Positions 20,234 through 28,046 of a stretch of 31,822 nucleotides of DNA are shown one piece after another. The DNA is taken from positions 1 to 31,822 of IMG/VR virus record IMGVR_UViG_3300020042_008321. One strand, 5' to 3'. This DNA comes from a virus (lineage: Duplodnaviria; Caudoviricetes). Both the position numbers and the translations under genes were made by a program. The number at the start of each line of letters is the position of its first letter. Positions within the stretch are counted from its first letter, which is position 1. The notes under the pieces were generated by a model. That model searched no databases. It saw nothing but the letters and a program-made list of their open reading frames with translations, and was not told where the DNA came from.

Positions 20234-20920
20234 ATGAAAAAAAGCGCACTCATAGTAGTTAGTCTACTAGTAATGTTATTTAGTTGTAAGACAAAAACTG
20301 AAACAGTTGAAGATCTTAGATCTAATAAAATAGTAAAAATTCACGAAGGCTCTTTTGCCTTTTGCGGTGCATCTGGAGCAATTCCTACAGGAAAAAAGAT
20401 CATTGTTCAAGGAGTTGAGTATGATGAAGGTTGTGCTATATGCCCTGTATTAACAGGACCATCTCTTTCAAATTTAGCAATGAAAGGAATTAGTGGAACT
20501 TACGGAAAATTCAACGTAGGCGAAAACCCGCAAACCCCAGACGGAACAGACAAAACAGTATGGTCTTTCTTTTGGTATTACGATTCAGCAACTTCAGTAC
20601 CTCAATTCGATCCATCAACTAAAGAGTGGCAATTATTACCACCAGTAAATCGTTCGTTTGTTGTAAACTTAGATTCTCCAAGCACAAGCGAAAGTAATAT
20701 GTTCGCAATGCCAGGTATTATCTTTGATACAACCGCTTCAGGTATTGTATTGGCAAAAGTATACGGACCGCTTAATGAAGCAGCAGTTCCACTACGTAAA
20801 GCTATTTCTGTTAAATCCGGAATGACATCTATCACTGCAGCTAAGGAAGGATTCCCATATCCTGTAGGAACGCCAGTTCCTGTTAGTCAATTAAGCAAAG
20901 AACTTCAAGAAAAAAAATAA
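20234..20920 (+). CDS. Hypothetical lipoprotein
   Basis: Signal peptide II MKKSALIVVSLLVMLFS-C; additional cysteines (FAFCG, GCAICP). Confidence 0.7.
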   Translation: MKKSALIVVSLLVMLFSCKTKTETVEDLRSNKIVKIHEGSFAFCGASGAIPTGKKIIVQGVEYDEGCAICPVLTGPSLSNLAMKGISGTYGKFNVGENPQTPDGTDKTVWSFFWYYDSATSVPQFDPSTKEWQLLPPVNRSFVVNLDSPSTSESNMFAMPGIIFDTTASGIVLAKVYGPLNEAAVPLRKAISVKSGMTSITAAKEGFPYPVGTPVPVSQLSKELQEKK

Positions 20921-20935
20921 ATAAAATACTAATTG

Positions 20936-21823
20936 ATGTTTTTAAACAAAACGACTGATCAATCAAATTTAGACATGTCAGATGGTAGAGATTTAAACTA
21001 TTATCTTGAAATGACTAAAGACTATAAGCCTGATTTTGACTTCTCAATAAAACAAATCGATGGTTATAATGTAATCGACGATGGAGAATTTCAATACGGA
21101 AGTAAAGCAAAGATGGGCGACTTCATGATCAGTCAAGTAAAAGAAGACACCTTAGTTTATGTTGCTCCAAGAACAGGCTACGCCCCGTATTCATTATCAT
21201 ATCTTGCAAAGAAGTATAATAAGAAACTAGTATTACTTATGCCAGCATCTAAAGAAGCTTCTGAACATCAACTACGTGTTATTGAAGATGGGGCTACGCC
21301 AATATTCTTAAAGACTCCTGCAATGCCAACTATAAATGCTTGGGCAAAAGACTTTGCAAAAAAAATTGGAGCAAAATATATACCATTCGGTCTTAAGCAC
21401 GAACAAGTTGTAGCAGGAGGTATAAAGATATTTCATGAAGCATTTAAAGATAAAAATATAGACGAGTTATGGAGTGTATTCTCAACAGGAGTTCTGTCTA
21501 GAACACTACAAATTGCACTTCCTAATACTAAGTTTAATGCTGTAGCAGTCGCAAGAAATGTACAACCTGGTGAATTGGGTAGAGCTAAATTCTATGCTTA
21601 TCATAAAGACTTCTTAAAAGACTGTGATATTGATACTCCATTTGATTGCATTAAAACTTACGATGCAAAAGGTTGGGACTATATGAAACGTTATGGTAAC
21701 TCTGGAGATTGGTTCTGGAATGTAGCTAGGAATATGCCAAAGCCTACAATTAAGGCAAGTGATATTGATTCTCAAAGAGAGTGGGGAGATAAAAGTGATA
21801 TCCTTAAATACTTAGGAGAATAG
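20936..21823 (+). CDS. PLP-dependent enzyme (fold type II), similar to decarboxylases of phage base-hypermodification clusters
   Basis: Schiff-base Lys motif GSKAK, VYVAPRTGYA..SL..LAK, IPFGL, phosphate-binding STGVLSR, YDAKGW and WFWNVA. Confidence 0.75.
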   Translation: MFLNKTTDQSNLDMSDGRDLNYYLEMTKDYKPDFDFSIKQIDGYNVIDDGEFQYGSKAKMGDFMISQVKEDTLVYVAPRTGYAPYSLSYLAKKYNKKLVLLMPASKEASEHQLRVIEDGATPIFLKTPAMPTINAWAKDFAKKIGAKYIPFGLKHEQVVAGGIKIFHEAFKDKNIDELWSVFSTGVLSRTLQIALPNTKFNAVAVARNVQPGELGRAKFYAYHKDFLKDCDIDTPFDCIKTYDAKGWDYMKRYGNSGDWFWNVARNMPKPTIKASDIDSQREWGDKSDILKYLGE

Positions 21824-21847
21824 TTTTACAATCTACAAAATCTATTA

Positions 21848-21855
21848 TATATTTG
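21848..21855 (+). promoter_or_regulatory. Bacteroidetes-type -7 promoter element (TAnnTTTG)
   Basis: TATATTTG in the intergenic gap upstream of 21860. Confidence 0.55.
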
Positions 21856-21859
21856 ACTT

Positions 21860-22165
21860 ATGAATATACTTCAAGAAGCAAACAAGATTATCTACGAAAG
21901 ATCTGAAGAAAAAGAGCGTCAATACGGACCTATGCAAGAAGGTATGGAAGAAGCCGCTAAGATTGCATCTTTGTTAAGCCGTAAAGAATTAACTGCTGTG
22001 GACATGTACAATGCCATGATTGCTCTTAAATTATCAAGACAGGCATATAACCATAAGGAGGATAATCTTCTAGACTGCGTGGCTTATATGGCATCACTAA
22101 ACGATTATCAAAATAATATTAACAATGAAAGTACAAAAGTTAAGGGAAGTAAAAACACCAAATAG
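21860..22165 (+). CDS. DUF6378-like small helical protein, candidate dNTP pyrophosphohydrolase-related
   Basis: ILQEA..II..R...YG...MIALKLSR....HKEDNLLD..AY pattern; lies next to dUTPase. Confidence 0.6.
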   Translation: MNILQEANKIIYERSEEKERQYGPMQEGMEEAAKIASLLSRKELTAVDMYNAMIALKLSRQAYNHKEDNLLDCVAYMASLNDYQNNINNESTKVKGSKNTK

Positions 22166-22553
22166 AGGAACAGAAGTATCAGCAGGAATTGACTTCTACG
22201 TACCTGAAGATTTTGAAACAAAAGTATTAGCACCAGGACAATCTGTTCTTATTCCGTCTGGTATTAAAGTGAGAGTTCCTATAGGATATGCATTGATTGC
22301 ATTCAACAAATCAGGTGTATCAGTTAAGCAAGGCCTATCTGTTGGAGCTTGTGTAGTAGATGAAGATTACGATGGAGAAGTTCATCTTCATATGATCAAT
22401 ACATCAAACAAAGATCAAACAATTTCTACAGGTCAAAAACTAGTTCAATTTGTATTAATCCCAGTAAGCTATACAAATGTAGAAGCTGTAGATGAGCTTC
22501 CACAAAGAGTTACACAAAGAGGTGCTGGAGGCTTTGGTTCAACAGGACTATAA
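22125..22553 (+). CDS. dut: Trimeric dUTPase
   Basis: SAGIDF, KSG, VVDEDYDGE, QLV-like motif 4 and motif 5 RGAGGFGSTG. Confidence 0.93.
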   Translation: MKVQKLREVKTPNRGTEVSAGIDFYVPEDFETKVLAPGQSVLIPSGIKVRVPIGYALIAFNKSGVSVKQGLSVGACVVDEDYDGEVHLHMINTSNKDQTISTGQKLVQFVLIPVSYTNVEAVDELPQRVTQRGAGGFGSTGL

Positions 22554-22554
22554 T

Positions 22555-22956
22555 ATGACTAAACTAGATACAGTATTTATAAACATAGCAAAAGAAACCT
22601 CTACTCTGTCACACTGCGCCCGCTCAAAAGTCGGCGCAGTTTTAGTTAAAGATGGCAATATAATCTCTTTTGGTTACAATGGCACTCCATCTGGAATGGA
22701 TAATGCTTGTGAGAAAGATAATGTTACTCTACCTCATGTTATTCACGCAGAGTGTAATGCAATTCTTAAAGCCGCTAAAACAGGCAACTCTGTAGATGGT
22801 TCCACTTTGTACTTAACACTAAGTCCTTGTTTAGACTGCTCTAAACTTATTCTGCAATCAGGAATTAAAAGAGTTGTATATTTGGATAGATATCGCAGTC
22901 CTGAAGGTATTGATTTTCTTAAACAATTTATTGAAGTATACCAATATGAAATTTAA
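22555..22956 (+). CDS. dCMP deaminase
   Basis: S.C.RSKVGAV, GYNGTPSG, HAECNAI and SPCLDC. The ATG at 22555 follows the dut stop codon. Confidence 0.93.
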   Translation: MTKLDTVFINIAKETSTLSHCARSKVGAVLVKDGNIISFGYNGTPSGMDNACEKDNVTLPHVIHAECNAILKAAKTGNSVDGSTLYLTLSPCLDCSKLILQSGIKRVVYLDRYRSPEGIDFLKQFIEVYQYEI

Positions 22957-23584
22957 AACAGCAACTGACGCATTTGAGAATCTTTATCCGCTAATAATGA
23001 ATACAGGTGAAGATTATGCAGGCACAAAAGCTTTGTTTAACTGTAGTTTTTCTTTAGAGAATCCAGAAGATAAAGTTATTAAGACTCCTGAACGTAAGTT
23101 TAAACAAGACTATGCTGAGTATGAATGGAAATGGTATCTAGAAGGTAATAGAGATGCTAAAGAGATAGGACAGATAGCGAAGATATGGAATAACATGATG
23201 ATCCCAGGCACTACTAATGTGAACTCTAACTATGGGTTCTTTTGGAATTATAACAATCAGCTTCGTAAAGTAGTTTCAGAACTTAGAAGAAATAAAGAAT
23301 CAAGACGTGCAATTGTATTACATTACCTTATACATGAAATGGATCAGTATAAGTATGATACTCCATGTAATATTGCTTTGAATTTCTATATAAAAGATGG
23401 CGTATTGAATCTAACAGTATTTGCAAGATCAATTGACTTAGTTTATGGATTCTCTAATGATCAGTATACATTTGCTAAGTTAATGGAAAAGGTTGCAGAA
23501 GAGTTAGCAATACCTCTTGGCAATATGCATTGGTTCGTAACTAATTTACATATCTATCCTAGGCATTATGAATTGATAAAATAA
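22946..23584 (+). CDS. Thymidylate synthase-fold pyrimidine hydroxymethylase, most similar to T4 gp42 dCMP hydroxymethylase
   Basis: E..WY, KIW, NSNYG, SRRAI, catalytic DTPC, RSIDLVYGFSND (T4 gp42 RSNDVVFGFRND; ThyA has Asn at the last position) and LHIYPRHY. Confidence 0.75.
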   Translation: MKFKTATDAFENLYPLIMNTGEDYAGTKALFNCSFSLENPEDKVIKTPERKFKQDYAEYEWKWYLEGNRDAKEIGQIAKIWNNMMIPGTTNVNSNYGFFWNYNNQLRKVVSELRRNKESRRAIVLHYLIHEMDQYKYDTPCNIALNFYIKDGVLNLTVFARSIDLVYGFSNDQYTFAKLMEKVAEELAIPLGNMHWFVTNLHIYPRHYELIK

Positions 23585-23589
23585 AGATT

Positions 23590-24036
23590 ATGATGTTTGA
23601 AACAAACCTATCTAGAGAGTTCTTAGAATCTAAATTATCTAAACTGCCAAAAAAGACTTACAATCAATTTATGTGGTGGAGAAGGTATCAATCAAGACAA
23701 ACTCTACACCCTTATAATACTCTATATCAAAAAATAGTAAATGGAGATTATGAGAATTCAGATTACTACTATCAAGCAGAGTATGAAAATCATATGCTAG
23801 AAGATGCAATATCTGATATTAAGTATTATGAGGATAAGTTAGAAAAAATAAGTTTGTTTAGGACTAGATATAAAAAGCTCCAAGAGGATTATTTAAAGGA
23901 AGAAACTGACATCATGACTAAAATGAAAAAAGATTTTAAAACTACATTTAAAATATCTCAAGAGAAGTTAGACAGTATAATGGAATCTTTTGATGGAACA
24001 ACATTAGAGCTTTATAATCATATAAAACAATTGTAA
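23590..24036 (+). CDS. Hypothetical protein
   Basis: 148-aa helical ORF containing YNQFMWWRRY. Confidence 0.6.
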   Translation: MMFETNLSREFLESKLSKLPKKTYNQFMWWRRYQSRQTLHPYNTLYQKIVNGDYENSDYYYQAEYENHMLEDAISDIKYYEDKLEKISLFRTRYKKLQEDYLKEETDIMTKMKKDFKTTFKISQEKLDSIMESFDGTTLELYNHIKQL

Positions 24037-24100
24037 TTAAACTCTAATTAAATATTTTTCTATCTTAATTTAATTTATTATATTTATCAAAAGAACGGTT

Positions 24101-24673
24101 ATGGAGATTCAAGCAAGCAATTCCTTTTTTGAGAGTTTAAAGAAACTGATATGGCATCAAAATCCTATTTATAGGATATATAGCCTATTCAGACACGACC
24201 TCCCTGCATTCATTAAGAATATTTGGAGGTTTCGTAGTGAGCTATGGTCGCATCGTTGGTGGGACTATCACTTTACGTTAAAAATCTTGAAAAGATCCCT
24301 TGAGATTCAAGAAGAGAGTACAAGATTAAAAGGCACAGAATCATCAGAGTCTCTTGATAAAAAACTTGTAAAGATGAAAAGAGCTATAGAGCTCTTACAA
24401 AATAAAATTGAGGACAATTATATTGATAGAATAGAGGACATAAATGGAAAATTAGTTATGAAAGAGTGGAAGTTTGAAGATTCTGAAAATGGCTCATACG
24501 TACTAGTTGATGAAGATACAGAAGATGAAAAGAAGCACAACAGAATGATTTTTAAAAAAGCTTACGATTTAGAGGAAAAAGAATGGACTGAGTTATGGGA
24601 AATCATTAAAGGCAAAAAGTGGGAAGCAGGAAAAGACTGGGATGGATCAGACCTTAGAGGATGGTGGGACTAG
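24101..24673 (+). CDS. Hypothetical phage protein
   Basis: 190-aa ORF with RWWDY and a terminal GWWD; GGTT-ATG start. Confidence 0.65.
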   Translation: MEIQASNSFFESLKKLIWHQNPIYRIYSLFRHDLPAFIKNIWRFRSELWSHRWWDYHFTLKILKRSLEIQEESTRLKGTESSESLDKKLVKMKRAIELLQNKIEDNYIDRIEDINGKLVMKEWKFEDSENGSYVLVDEDTEDEKKHNRMIFKKAYDLEEKEWTELWEIIKGKKWEAGKDWDGSDLRGWWD

Positions 24674-24891
24674 CTATAAAATTATTATTTATGATAGGCA
24701 TTATTTTGTTAGTTATTGCTATTTTTGGTTCATTAGTCTGGCTTTGGGTAGGCGGTATAGACTACATGGCAAAAAAACATCCTAATTATAAAGGAGAAGA
24801 TTTTTTAAATTGGGATCCTAAAGAAGAGGATCTTAATAAGGTAGCAGGAAGAGAAGTCTCTGATGAAAATTTATATAACGAAATTTATTGA
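24661..24891 (+). CDS. Small membrane protein
   Basis: Long N-terminal hydrophobic segment followed by GIDYM.KKHPNYKGEDFL. Confidence 0.55.
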   Translation: MVGLAIKLLFMIGIILLVIAIFGSLVWLWVGGIDYMAKKHPNYKGEDFLNWDPKEEDLNKVAGREVSDENLYNEIY

Positions 24892-24908
24892 AATTAAATT
24901 AAATAGTT

Positions 24909-25220
24909 ATGAAACAGATTTTTGAAAGAGTACAAACAGGATTATTTTTTGCGGCAATCCTAATAGCCATCTTAGTAATTAGAGATCAAAAAACTAAGAT
25001 AGAAAAATATAAGTATTCAGAAGGAATGTTTCAAGGAGGCGACATTACAAAACAACAATACATAGACTCGCTACAACACGTAGTTGATTCACTATATTGG
25101 GAATTACTTCCAACTCAAATTGAATTAGGCAGATATCAAGTTGCTTATGGCATGTTTAAAGAACGTAATCCAAAAGCAGCTAAACAATTTGACGAGATTA
25201 TTTCATCAGAAACAGAATAA
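24909..25220 (+). CDS. Membrane-anchored hypothetical protein
   Basis: One N-terminal TM segment followed by a helical domain. Confidence 0.6.
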   Translation: MKQIFERVQTGLFFAAILIAILVIRDQKTKIEKYKYSEGMFQGGDITKQQYIDSLQHVVDSLYWELLPTQIELGRYQVAYGMFKERNPKAAKQFDEIISSETE

Positions 25221-25223
25221 AGT

Positions 25224-25340
25224 ATGGAAAACAATCGTAGATCATTTTTTAAAGGACTAGCAACATTCGCTAGCGGAGTAGTAGCAGCTAAAGTATCCGC
25301 TTGTAGTAAAGAAAACAGATATAGATGGTATGGTATTTGA
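25224..25340 (+). CDS. Small ORF with twin-arginine-like signal (possibly a frameshifted remnant)
   Basis: Not in the ORF track. Translates as MENNRRSFFKGLATFASGVVAAKVSACSKENRYRWYGI*. Confidence 0.45.
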   Translation: MENNRRSFFKGLATFASGVVAAKVSACSKENRYRWYGI

Positions 25341-25456
25341 ACAACCTAAAAACACATCGTCCCTAGGAAACTCATTCACTATAAAAGAATCAACTCCAAA
25401 AATTAGAAAAGCAAACGTATGAGTAAATTAAAATAATCACCCACTATAAACAAAAT

Positions 25457-25483
25457 AAGCCTTCGTATTAGAGGTTTTTTTTT
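25457..25483 (+). terminator. Probable rho-independent terminator
   Basis: AAGCCTT...GAGGTTT hairpin followed by a long T run. Confidence 0.5.
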
Positions 25484-25490
25484 ATATTTG
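25483..25490 (+). promoter_or_regulatory. Bacteroidetes-type -7 promoter element
   Basis: TATATTTG just upstream of the ATG at 25495. Confidence 0.5.
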
Positions 25491-25494
25491 TTGT

Positions 25495-25695
25495 ATGACA
25501 TATGAACAAAGACGAGACTTACTACTTAAGACAATGAGGAAGCAAACAGACAGTTGGCTTAAAGAGGATCAATATGAAGAGTGGCAAAAGAAGAATAAGC
25601 CAAAGCACTCGTATACTTTCAAACCAAAAAGAACTATAAGGACAAGCGATATTTATAATAAAGAATGCTTAAAGTATTATCCTCAGTTGCAATAG
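25495..25695 (+). CDS. Small basic hypothetical protein
   Basis: 66-aa ORF downstream of a promoter-like element. Confidence 0.5.
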   Translation: MTYEQRRDLLLKTMRKQTDSWLKEDQYEEWQKKNKPKHSYTFKPKRTIRTSDIYNKECLKYYPQLQ

Positions 25696-25764
25696 TTCTT
25701 TTACTTAGTGTGTCATTAAAGGCAGAAAGATATAGAAAAGTTAACCAATTTAAAATAAAGTAAT

Positions 25765-26022
25765 ATGAGTGTTTTGTATTTTTCAGCAGACTGGTGCGGT
25801 CCTTGTAAATCATTTAAACCCGTAGTACAGCAAGTTTCACAAGAGTTAGGAGTCTCTGTTAATTATGTTAATGTAGACTATGATGCATCACTAACCCAGA
25901 AATATTCTATAACTTCCGTACCTACTATTATGGTAACAAATTATCAAGGAGACGAAGTATATAGAAAGTCTGGAGTCTTGTCAAGAGATCAATTAATTAA
26001 CATGTTTAATCAATTTAAGTAA
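25765..26022 (+). CDS. trxA: Thioredoxin
   Basis: YFSADWCGPCK and the cis-Pro motif SVPT. Confidence 0.92.
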   Translation: MSVLYFSADWCGPCKSFKPVVQQVSQELGVSVNYVNVDYDASLTQKYSITSVPTIMVTNYQGDEVYRKSGVLSRDQLINMFNQFK

Positions 26023-26109
26023 GCTTTTAAGATATTTATATCTAAAATAGGTTGATGAATTAGTTGTAGTAACAGGTTTTATATTTGTTTACTAAACTGT
26101 TTATCAATT

Positions 26110-26709
26110 ATGGACATCAGCAAACTTAAAGGTCACATTCCTGAAGCTGTACTAGCACAGATCCCTGATACTGCTGCTAAATTTGAAATTAACACTCCAC
26201 TTCGTTTAGCTCACTTTTTGGCTCAATGTGGCCATGAATCTGGCGGGTTTAAACTTGTTCAAGAGAACTTAAACTACGGAGCAAAAGGTCTTTTGGGTAT
26301 ATTCAAGAAGTATTTCCCAACAGAAGAAAAAGCAAAATTGTATGAAAGAAAGCCTGAAAAAATTGCAAACCTCGTTTATGGATCAAGGATGGGGAACGGA
26401 CCTGAACCTTCAGGAGATGGTTATAAATTTCGTGGCCGTGGTTATATTCAATTAACCGGTAAAGACAACTATACTGCATTTGGCAAAGCTATTAATGAAG
26501 ATATTGCCATCAACCCAGATAAAGTAGCTACTAACTATGCTTTATTATCTGCGGCATGGTTTTTCCATAAGAATGGCTTACATAAAATAGCTGATGGAGG
26601 TGCAACTGACGCAGTAGTAACTTCTGTAACTAAGCGTGTCAACGGAGGAACTATTGGCCTTCCTGATCGTATCAAACACTTTAAAGAGTATTACGATTTA
26701 TTAAAGTAG
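26110..26709 (+). CDS. Endolysin, glycoside hydrolase family 19
   Basis: AHFLAQCGHESG, ENLNY, FRGRGYIQLTGKDNY, SAAWFF and TKRVNGG. Confidence 0.92.
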   Translation: MDISKLKGHIPEAVLAQIPDTAAKFEINTPLRLAHFLAQCGHESGGFKLVQENLNYGAKGLLGIFKKYFPTEEKAKLYERKPEKIANLVYGSRMGNGPEPSGDGYKFRGRGYIQLTGKDNYTAFGKAINEDIAINPDKVATNYALLSAAWFFHKNGLHKIADGGATDAVVTSVTKRVNGGTIGLPDRIKHFKEYYDLLK

Positions 26710-26755
26710 TAGGTTTCATAAAGGTTATACATTTATAACAATAAAAATGTACCTT

Positions 26756-27010
26756 ATGAAAAATTTTTTTAAAGCATTATTTAACGACAACAACACTATT
26801 AACGAAAAAAGTTTTATTGGGTTTTGTGCCTTCTTAATGATGGTAGGCTTTGCAGTAGCAGATATTGTTACTGGAAGTCTTGGTAAGGAACTCGTTGTTC
26901 AAGAGTTTATCTTTAATGCATTTATGGTATTGACTTTAGGTTCTTTTGGTATTGCTTCCATAGATAAGTGGATCAATAAGAGCAAAGGAGAATCTAATGG
27001 AGAACAGTAA
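26756..27010 (+). CDS. Putative holin (two TM helices)
   Basis: Two hydrophobic segments and a charged C-terminus; directly follows the endolysin. Confidence 0.55.
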   Translation: MKNFFKALFNDNNTINEKSFIGFCAFLMMVGFAVADIVTGSLGKELVVQEFIFNAFMVLTLGSFGIASIDKWINKSKGESNGEQ

Positions 27011-27266
27011 AACTGGCACATTCTTATCCAATAACTGGAGTATTATAGTAGGGATACTAACTGTAGCATTTGCTGCAGGTGGAATCTTTAGTGAGTTCAG
27101 ACTAATGCATAAAGAAATAGAAGAACTAAAAAAAGAGACTGACAGCAAAATTAATCAGATCATAGACGAACGTCAACGTAAGAGCGATTGGTTAGAGGAA
27201 CAAGAACAACGAATTGATGATTTAGAAGAGTGGAAAGCATACGAAGACGGAAGACAGTCTAAATAA
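26997..27266 (+). CDS. Membrane protein with coiled coil (possible lysis accessory)
   Basis: One TM segment followed by a charged coiled coil; last gene before a terminator. Confidence 0.5.
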   Translation: MENSKTGTFLSNNWSIIVGILTVAFAAGGIFSEFRLMHKEIEELKKETDSKINQIIDERQRKSDWLEEQEQRIDDLEEWKAYEDGRQSK

Positions 27267-27307
27267 AAAATAAATCATTTAAGCATAGTTAATAAATAGA
27301 TAACAAT

Positions 27308-27337
27308 AAAATCCCTACTTTAGTGTGGGGATTTTTT
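27308..27337 (+). terminator. Rho-independent terminator
   Basis: AAAATCCCTAC...GTGGGGATTTT hairpin running into a T tract. Confidence 0.7.
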
Positions 27338-27347
27338 ATTTATAATC

Positions 27348-28046
27348 ATGAAAGACCTACTAACAATCGTCATTCCTTGTAAAAACGAAAGTTCAATATT
27401 AATAGAAACATTAAATTGTTTAAAAGATCAAGATGGTATAAAAGGAACTAGAATAATAATTGCAGACTGTTCTACAGATACTACGGTTAATCTAGTGCAT
27501 TTTTATAATCGGTTCGCTAATCTCAATATAGAATTTATAGAAGGCGGTTATCCAGCAATAGCTAGAAACAACGGAGCAAAACTAACCACAACTCCTTACA
27601 TTCTTTTTCTTGATGCAGATATTTGGCTATTTGATAAAGATCACTTAAATGATTGTTTAAATCAAATAATGTCAAAAAATGCAGCATTATTAACATGTAA
27701 TATAGGAACTAACGATAAATATAATATAGTATATTCTATATTCTTTAATATACAGAAAATAATATCTATATTCTCTCCAATTGCTATAGGTGGATTCATG
27801 TTATTTAATACTAATGATTTTAATAATCTTGGGGGTTTTGATGAAAAAGACAAATTTGCTGAAGATTATCATTTAAGTTCTAAAGTAAATCGCAAAAGAT
27901 TCACTATATCAAATAATAAAGCTTTTACTACTAGTAGAAGAATAAAAAAGAAGGGAATGTGGTTTATGACAAAAATGGCAGTTTTGAGTGTTATAAATAA
28001 AAACAAAAAAGAATTCTTTCACTCAGAATATGATTATTGGAAATGA
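27348..28046 (+). CDS. Glycosyltransferase family 2
   Basis: IVIPCKNE, IIAD..STD, ARNNGA, LFLDAD, GGFDE, EDY and TSRR. Confidence 0.92.
   Translation: MKDLLTIVIPCKNESSILIETLNCLKDQDGIKGTRIIIADCSTDTTVNLVHFYNRFANLNIEFIEGGYPAIARNNGAKLTTTPYILFLDADIWLFDKDHLNDCLNQIMSKNAALLTCNIGTNDKYNIVYSIFFNIQKIISIFSPIAIGGFMLFNTNDFNNLGGFDEKDKFAEDYHLSSKVNRKRFTISNNKAFTTSRRIKKKGMWFMTKMAVLSVINKNKKEFFHSEYDYWK

Noticed and set aside
22946-23584. Annotation as ordinary thymidylate synthase (thyA)
   Set aside because: It has Asp rather than Asn at the specificity position, and the motifs match gp42-type hydroxymethylases better.
27348-28046. GT2 as the DNA-glycosylating enzyme of the modification cluster
   Set aside because: It lies about 4 kb from the cluster, is coupled to a lipid-type phosphoesterase and resembles envelope GT2 enzymes. 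Not excluded, but unsupported.
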